A stretch of 6,502 nt of DNA from a virus, in IMG/VR virus record IMGVR_UViG_3300045988_042115, positions 1-6,502 of that record; one strand, 5' to 3'. Of the stretch, positions 1 to 3,706 are shown in pieces. The notes under the pieces were generated by a model. The model was given only the letters and a program-made list of their open reading frames with translations. It had not been told where the DNA came from and ran no database searches. Made by a program: the position numbers and the translations under genes. The stretch's first letter is position 1, and the number at the start of each line of letters is the position of its first letter.

Positions 1-77
1 TCGACACGACCAAGCGTCCAACACGCACGTACAACTTCATCGGCACACGCCGCCTGCGCTCTGTCGTTGAAAAAGAA
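1..77. repeat. Terminal direct duplication, copy 1 (identical to 6426-6502); an assembly overlap marking a circular molecule
   Basis: Base-by-base comparison shows 1-77 (tcgacacgaccaagcg...gttgaaaaagaa) is identical to 6426-6502. A single minus-strand reading frame runs uninterrupted through the implied junction. Confidence 0.95.
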
Positions 78-581
78 TATGATATGATAATGCGGCCTAT
101 ATGTTTTTGGCCCATACTCACCACATGCGAAATAACGTATTTTTGTGTTAAATCCTTTTCTTTCATAAGTAATCCTAAAACGTTTAATAAATAATTGTAA
201 AGCAGATTTAGATAAGACGGGTATGCGACCGTCTAAAATAGAAACCTTTTTCAAAAACATATCCTTACCAGCCAATCCGAAGTCATCGGAAAAAACCTTA
301 TCAAGAATCTCACCTGAAGATGAAACTATATCATAGCCGAATGAACCTGAATCAACAAGACGGACATAAGGAATATTGTTATTATCAAATGTAAGAGTGA
401 CAAATACAGAGCAAACAGATGCATAACTTTCCAATTTACACTGGAAGGCATAACGAGAAGATTTATTCATCTGGCAAGCTTCACATTTACCACAAGAGAC
501 GGTAATAATCTCACCCGTATAAGGATTTCTCACCTTACGCGGGTGAAGACACTTCAAAAATGGCAAATTCAGTAAGCTCAT
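1..581 (-). CDS. VP4: Replication initiation protein (Microviridae VP4 / HUH rolling-circle endonuclease), N-terminal 193 codons. It continues across the circular junction into 6425->5540, for 488 aa in total.
   Basis: ATG at 581-579, with an in-frame stop upstream at 611-609. Manual translation gives MSLLNLPFLKCLHPRKVRNPYTGEIITVSCGKCEACQMNKSSRYAFQCKLESYASVCSVFVTLTFDNN...FACGEYGPKTYRPHYHIIFFFNDRAQAACADEVVRACWTLGRV, with no in-frame stop down to position 3. The next codon (2,1,6425) joins in frame to the 5540..6424 ORF. It contains the CxxCxxC cluster, FVTLTF (HUH motif I) and HYHII (motif II, 92-78). The ORF track missed it because the frame is open at the window edge. Confidence 0.93.
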   Translation of the reverse strand, partial: MSLLNLPFLKCLHPRKVRNPYTGEIITVSCGKCEACQMNKSSRYAFQCKLESYASVCSVFVTLTFDNNNIPYVRLVDSGSFGYDIVSSSGEILDKVFSDDFGLAGKDMFLKKVSILDGRIPVLSKSALQLFIKRFRITYERKGFNTKIRYFACGEYGPKTYRPHYHIIFFFNDRAQAACADEVVRACWTLGRV

Positions 582-745
582 GGCAACTGTACCGAAATAG
601 ACGCAGAATCAGCAGAACCTGAAATAGGGTTTTCTACTTTCTGCGTAGAACCTGAACAATTTTTTTGAGTGTACACAGCGAGCGTACAACTTGCAACAAT
701 GGTCGCAACCAAAATAATCGTGACATAACTAATAGTTTTTTTCAT
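578..745 (-). CDS. 55-aa predicted lipoprotein-like secreted peptide (signal peptide plus lipobox), function unknown
   Basis: Manual translation gives MKKTISYVTIILVATIVASCTLAVYTQKNCSGSTQKVENPISGSADSASISVQLP. It has a KK n-region, a hydrophobic core and a V-A-S-C lipobox with Cys20. Third codon positions are T-rich, as in VP1. Its TGA (580-578) overlaps the Rep ATG (581-579). It is below the size cut-off of the supplied ORF track. Confidence 0.6.
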   Translation of the reverse strand: MKKTISYVTIILVATIVASCTLAVYTQKNCSGSTQKVENPISGSADSASISVQLP

Positions 746-757
746 AAAGTAAAAATA

Positions 758-880
758 TTAAAAAATAACAGACAGTAATGCAATTAAAACAAGAATAGAA
801 GCAGAAGGAACAAGAATTAATAAACAAGCACCTAAAACTCTATTAACAAACGCTTCAAAATCAAATCTTTCTTTGTTCAT
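758..880 (-). CDS. 40-aa tail-anchored single-pass membrane peptide, function unknown
   Basis: Manual translation gives MNKERFDFEAFVNRVLGACLLILVPSASILVLIALLSVIF then TAA. It has a charged N-terminus followed by about 25 hydrophobic residues to the C-terminus. Third codon positions are strongly T-rich. It is not overlapped by any other gene and sits 12 nt upstream of the lipoprotein ORF. Confidence 0.55.
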   Translation of the reverse strand: MNKERFDFEAFVNRVLGACLLILVPSASILVLIALLSVIF

Positions 881-982
881 GGCAATATTAATAATAAAAA
901 ATGAAACAACAAAATAAAAACGTTTTTTTTTTCAGCCATGCGGAATTCGCTACCTTATGGAGCTCAATTGCCGCTCGGCTAG

Positions 983-1063
983 CATACAACACAACGAGAG
1001 GTCGAACCAATTAACTACGTATCCGAGAGTATAGCAATTTACGACCTCTCATTGCGTCGTATG
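983..1063 (-). other. Long stem-loop: 22-bp stem (983-1004 / 1042-1063) with a 37-nt loop, beginning 3 nt after the stop codon of the 65-aa ORF
   Basis: catacaacacaacgagaggtcg pairs with cgacctctcattgcgtcgtatg. 19 pairs are Watson-Crick. The 3 exceptions (988/1058, 991/1055, 995/1051) are A-C on the plus strand and therefore G-T(U) wobbles on the minus strand. Confidence 0.8.
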
Positions 1064-1066
1064 TAA

Positions 1067-1264
1067 TTATTTTCTATCATCGCACAACATAGGACGAAGA
1101 AGATTAGCACACTGAAGAACGTCAGCAGTAACAATAGACATAAGTTTACCAGAACCAGCCATACGAGATGCATAACGATAGGCGGCAGAAAAAACAGTAA
1201 TATTCGAAGGAATACGATACCAAGAAAATTCGCCTGAGGACAATAAATAAACTGCGTAATACAT
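1067..1264 (-). CDS. Hypothetical protein, 65 aa
   Basis: ATG-initiated ORF from the track. Codons are dominated by NNT (GTT, TCT, GCT, CGT), like VP1. It is packed 11 nt after the preceding ORF. I recognise no motif. Confidence 0.6.
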   Translation of the reverse strand: MYYAVYLLSSGEFSWYRIPSNITVFSAAYRYASRMAGSGKLMSIVTADVLQCANLLRPMLCDDRK

Positions 1265-1275
1265 AAGACAAAATT

Positions 1276-1509
1276 TTATAAAGAACGATTCATGTAATTA
1301 ACAATCATGAAATTTTCCAAACAAGATTTACGAGTAGATACCCAAATAAGGTCAACAGTTGCACGTACGCCAGTGCGCTCGTAGATAGCGTCAAGAAGCC
1401 AACGCTCTGCAGTTTCGAGACTAATATCAATATCCGAAACTAAAGACCATAAGAATTGAGATGAATTAATAATAACTGAACTCTCATAATAATAACATTT
1501 TGCTTTCAT
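1276..1509 (-). CDS. Hypothetical protein, 77 aa from the ATG at 1509 (the track's 86-aa version starts at a TTG at 1536)
   Basis: MKAKCYYYESSVIINSSQFLWSLVSDIDISLETAERWLLDAIYERTGVRATVDLIWVSTRKSCLENFMIVNYMNRSL. Third positions are T-rich and a purine-rich AAGGTAAGAGAT lies just upstream of the ATG at 1509. No recognisable domain. Confidence 0.6.
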   Translation of the reverse strand: MKAKCYYYESSVIINSSQFLWSLVSDIDISLETAERWLLDAIYERTGVRATVDLIWVSTRKSCLENFMIVNYMNRSL

Positions 1510-1564
1510 ATCTCTTACCTTTTTTGTTATACACAAAGATAATAATTATTTACAGGGAAATGTG

Positions 1565-1795
1565 TTAACTATCCGTTAAATCTTTGTTAGGAAAGGTTAA
1601 GTAACTTACATAGACACCATATTGGAAAGAACCAAGTACTGCAGTACGAGGAGTAATCCAGAATAGTGGCCAAGAGTCATGATAAACTACAAGGCCTGAA
1701 AACATCATGAGAGATTTGGCAGATAGCGAGGTCAAAAATTCGCCAATTTCGGCCAAATCATGAAACGGAATAGGACAACCTTCAATTTTATACAT
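1565..1795 (-). CDS. Hypothetical protein, 76 aa
   Basis: ATG-initiated ORF with T-rich third positions. It is the first gene after the large non-coding region. No recognisable domain. Confidence 0.6.
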   Translation of the reverse strand: MYKIEGCPIPFHDLAEIGEFLTSLSAKSLMMFSGLVVYHDSWPLFWITPRTAVLGSFQYGVYVSYLTFPNKDLTDS

Positions 1796-1811
1796 AACAT
1801 CAAAATTTAGG

Positions 1812-1839
1812 GGAAAGGTGACAAGCGTGTCACTTTTCC
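1812..1839. promoter_or_regulatory. Inverted repeat with 12-nt arms and a 4-nt spacer, GGAAAGGTGACA-AGCG-TGTCACTTTTCC (perfect core GTGACA-N4-TGTCAC), 17-44 nt upstream of the ORF76 ATG. Operator-like or a stem-loop.
   Basis: Direct pairing of 1812-1823 with 1828-1839 gives 11 Watson-Crick pairs plus one G-T (1817/1834) on the plus strand, which is A-C on the minus strand. Confidence 0.6.
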
Positions 1840-1862
1840 TATACTAGGACAAGAAATAAGGA

Positions 1863-1886
1863 GTGCGAGAAATTACTAACTCGCAC
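1863..1886. other. Stem-loop with a 7-bp GC-rich stem (GTGCGAG/CTCGCAC) and a 10-nt AT-rich loop, TTAGTAATTT on the gene/viral strand. Candidate Rep nick-site hairpin.
   Basis: 1863-1869 pairs perfectly with 1880-1886. The loop is 1870-1879. It lies 17 nt from the tandem-repeat array. Confidence 0.55.
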
Positions 1887-1903
1887 CCCTAAATCATCTA
1901 AGG

Positions 1904-1954
1904 CTCGAGGTTCTCGAGGTCTCGAGGTTCTCGAGGCCTCGAGGTTCTCGAGAG
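1904..1954. repeat. Tandem repeat: 17-nt unit CTCGAGGTTCTCGAGGY x3, which is six CTCGAG palindromes at alternating 9/8-nt spacing
   Basis: CTCGAG starts at 1904, 1913, 1921, 1930, 1938 and 1947. The units at 1904-1920, 1921-1937 and 1938-1954 differ only in their last 1-2 nt. The array is also a near-palindrome centred on 1928. Confidence 0.95.
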
Positions 1955-2003
1955 ACGCACCAAACTTGAGGGAGTCACTCGCAAGCGCGTGGATTATCTG
2001 TCT

Positions 2004-2073
2004 GAGCTAAAAGCTCCGCTTTTGGGGACGCATCCGCGTCCGCCGCTCAGTTGCCAACCATTTAGGTTGGCAA
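2004..2073. other. Cluster of GC-rich stem-loops just downstream (gene strand) of the VP2 stop
   Basis: There are four pairings. (1) 2004-2008/2012-2016, GAGCT-AAA-AGCTC. (2) 2009-2014/2018-2023, AAAAGC-TCC-GCTTTT, an alternative that excludes the first. (3) 2026-2031/2036-2041, GGACGC-ATCC-GCGTCC. (4) 2051-2059/2065-2073, TTGCCAACC-ATTTA-GGTTGGCAA, 9 bp. Confidence 0.7.
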
Positions 2074-2084
2074 ATGCTACGGAA

Positions 2085-3224
2085 TCACTTATTCAAGTTC
2101 ATAGGCTTACCAGCACGACCTTTAGTAATCATACCAGCAGCAGTTCCTGCACCAATAGAAGAACCAAGACCCCAAGCTGATTTTTCACGAGGAGAAATCC
2201 AATAATTATTCTCCTTACGAAGAATCTCCGTCTGATTCCAAGTAGACTCAATAACATCTCCAGCAGTCTGAAATGCGATTTCATTACTAACCTTTTGGCC
2301 AGAAGCTTGGGCTTTACTCAAAATCGACTGAGCAAGATAATACTTACCTTGATAACGAGTCATCTCTCCTTGCGCAATTTTTAGCGCAACAGAGGCTGCA
2401 GCATCGGCAACACCAAGACGCAATTGTTCAGGCAAATAACTGAATTTCAAAGTATCGGAAGCTACCTGTATCTGCAATGACTTAAAGACCTCACGAGAGT
2501 TTAATAAATCCTGAGCAGACTGTGAAGCATGATTTCGAGATATTTGGTCCTGATACTGATTAATAATCTCCTGATAACGAGCCTTCTGTTTAGAACTATC
2601 CGCTTCAGCGTAATCTTTATAAATTTCTGACATAATCTTTTGACCTATATACTGAGTCTCAGTATTAATTTGCTTCGCTTCAGCAGTATCACGGGCAGCT
2701 GTAGCAGTAGAGGTTTTATAAGACGCATAAGCCTGAACACCGTCCATAACAGCCTGACCAAGATTAGGAGGCTGATAAGGACGCATAACAGCTTGGCCTG
2801 AAGAAGATGCTAAACCAGAACCTTGAGACGAAGGAGTAGAGCCCGAAACAGATCCAACAGTAGCAGAAACTCCAGCGTTAGGAAGCATAAGGTTAGGATT
2901 ATAACCAGCTTCCTCGATACGCTGCCTCTGCGCAGAAGGGGTCATATACTCATTTTGTTTGTCAAACATCTCACGCTGGAAATCCTGAGAACCTTCAAAA
3001 AACTCACTTGACAATTGCCGATTAGTATCATTCTCCTGCTTATTAAATGATAACTGTTTTTCCAACATTTTCTGATTGAATTCATTATTCATTTGATTAA
3101 TACGGAAATTCATATCATTTGTGTACTTGTTGGATTTAGAACCAGCAATCGTAGAGGCAGTGCCGCCTAATAGACCAGCAGCACCACCTGCAATACCAAT
3201 AATAGCGGCAGTCTCAAGTCCCAT
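2085..3224 (-). CDS. VP2: Minor capsid / DNA pilot protein (Microviridae VP2, functional analogue of phiX174 H), 379 aa
   Basis: The Gly/Ala-rich hydrophobic N-terminus (MGLETAAIIGIAGGAAGLLGG), the long Q/N/E/K-rich helical middle, the Gly-rich C-terminus and the position downstream of VP1 are typical of gokusho/alpavirus-type VP2. The start shares one base with the upstream stop (TAATG). Confidence 0.8.
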   Translation of the reverse strand: MGLETAAIIGIAGGAAGLLGGTASTIAGSKSNKYTNDMNFRINQMNNEFNQKMLEKQLSFNKQENDTNRQLSSEFFEGSQDFQREMFDKQNEYMTPSAQRQRIEEAGYNPNLMLPNAGVSATVGSVSGSTPSSQGSGLASSSGQAVMRPYQPPNLGQAVMDGVQAYASYKTSTATAARDTAEAKQINTETQYIGQKIMSEIYKDYAEADSSKQKARYQEIINQYQDQISRNHASQSAQDLLNSREVFKSLQIQVASDTLKFSYLPEQLRLGVADAAASVALKIAQGEMTRYQGKYYLAQSILSKAQASGQKVSNEIAFQTAGDVIESTWNQTEILRKENNYWISPREKSAWGLGSSIGAGTAAGMITKGRAGKPMNLNK

Positions 3225-3706
3225 TATTCAGAAGGGTTAGAATCTTCCGAAGCAGGAGCGGAAGACCTATTCAACGCAGCATTCAAATCCTGCTGAGACT
3301 GAATAGAATTGAGTTCATTACGGAATTCAGACATAATATAATGCGTCCAAGAACGCAACTCAGACGGTGACTGAATATAACGAGATTTAACAAACTCAGA
3401 GAGTTTGTCTACAGGAACTTTATTACGAAGTTCATGCAAACCGTCATCCGATGCGTTAGTACTCAACAAATATTCCTGCAAAGCCTGAGCAGTCATACGG
3501 TCGAGCCGCTTCTGATTAAACAACATATACACATCACTAACGAAATGCTTTGCAGAATGTTTATTTGAAGACGTTTCATCCAAAATATAATGTTCATCCA
3601 AAACAGTACATTCACGAGAAACACAAGTGTCAAGAGCAGCCACATACGAAGGCTGCGGATTTTTATGCGGAGTAAATCCACAAATAAAGTTAATACGGGA
3701 GTCCAT
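3224..3706 (-). CDS. Hypothetical 160-aa protein between VP1 and VP2. It may be an internal scaffolding (VP3-like) protein, judged by size and position only.
   Basis: ATG ORF overlapping the VP1 3' end by 17 nt and abutting the VP2 start. It is hydrophilic and helical-looking with an acidic C-terminus (SSAPASEDSNPSE). I cannot assert sequence similarity without a search. Confidence 0.65.
   Translation of the reverse strand: MDSRINFICGFTPHKNPQPSYVAALDTCVSRECTVLDEHYILDETSSNKHSAKHFVSDVYMLFNQKRLDRMTAQALQEYLLSTNASDDGLHELRNKVPVDKLSEFVKSRYIQSPSELRSWTHYIMSEFRNELNSIQSQQDLNAALNRSSAPASEDSNPSE

Noticed and set aside
1-77. Terminal repeats as LTRs, DTRs or transposon ends.
   Set aside because: They are direct and exact, and lie inside an uninterrupted coding frame of an essential gene. 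This is the signature of a circular contig assembled with overlap.
943-983. Cluster of 6-bp restriction-type palindromes (GAATTC 943-948, GAGCTC 960-965, GCTAGC 978-983) that might hint at an engineered polylinker.
   Set aside because: The sites are separated by ordinary sequence and there are no vector-like flanks. Three hexamer palindromes in 40 nt of a GC-richer intergenic stretch is not compelling, so I treat it as coincidence.
1510-1536. TTG-initiated 86-aa version of the 1276..1536 ORF.
   Set aside because: The in-frame ATG at 1509 has a purine-rich upstream context and gives a 77-aa product. The TTG extension adds only 9 residues and has no support.
1904-1954. CRISPR-like array.
   Set aside because: The repeats are only 8-9 nt apart with no unique spacers, and there are three 17-nt units in total. 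This is a simple tandem repeat.
1956-2084. Possible tRNA or other cloverleaf in the hairpin-rich intergenic region.
   Set aside because: The hairpins do not assemble into acceptor/D/anticodon/T arms. There is no GTTCRANNC T-loop. The best 7-nt loop candidate (CTAAATG on the gene strand) has a pyrimidine at position 37 and a stem that is too long.
1537-2084. XerC/XerD dif-like or other attachment site that would indicate a temperate, integrating microvirus.
   Set aside because: I could not recognise a dif-type 11-6-11 motif by eye, and there is no integrase. This cannot be excluded without comparing against Bacteroidales chromosomes, so no call is made.
1989-2180. Plus-strand ORFs: 1989..2180, and also 2823..3011, 5546..5758 and 6004..6243.
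   Set aside because: They are antisense to well-supported genes or to the structured non-coding region. 1989..2180 starts at GTG, and I did not check the start codons of the other three. All four are low-complexity or proline/serine/arginine-rich. Microviridae genes are all on one strand.
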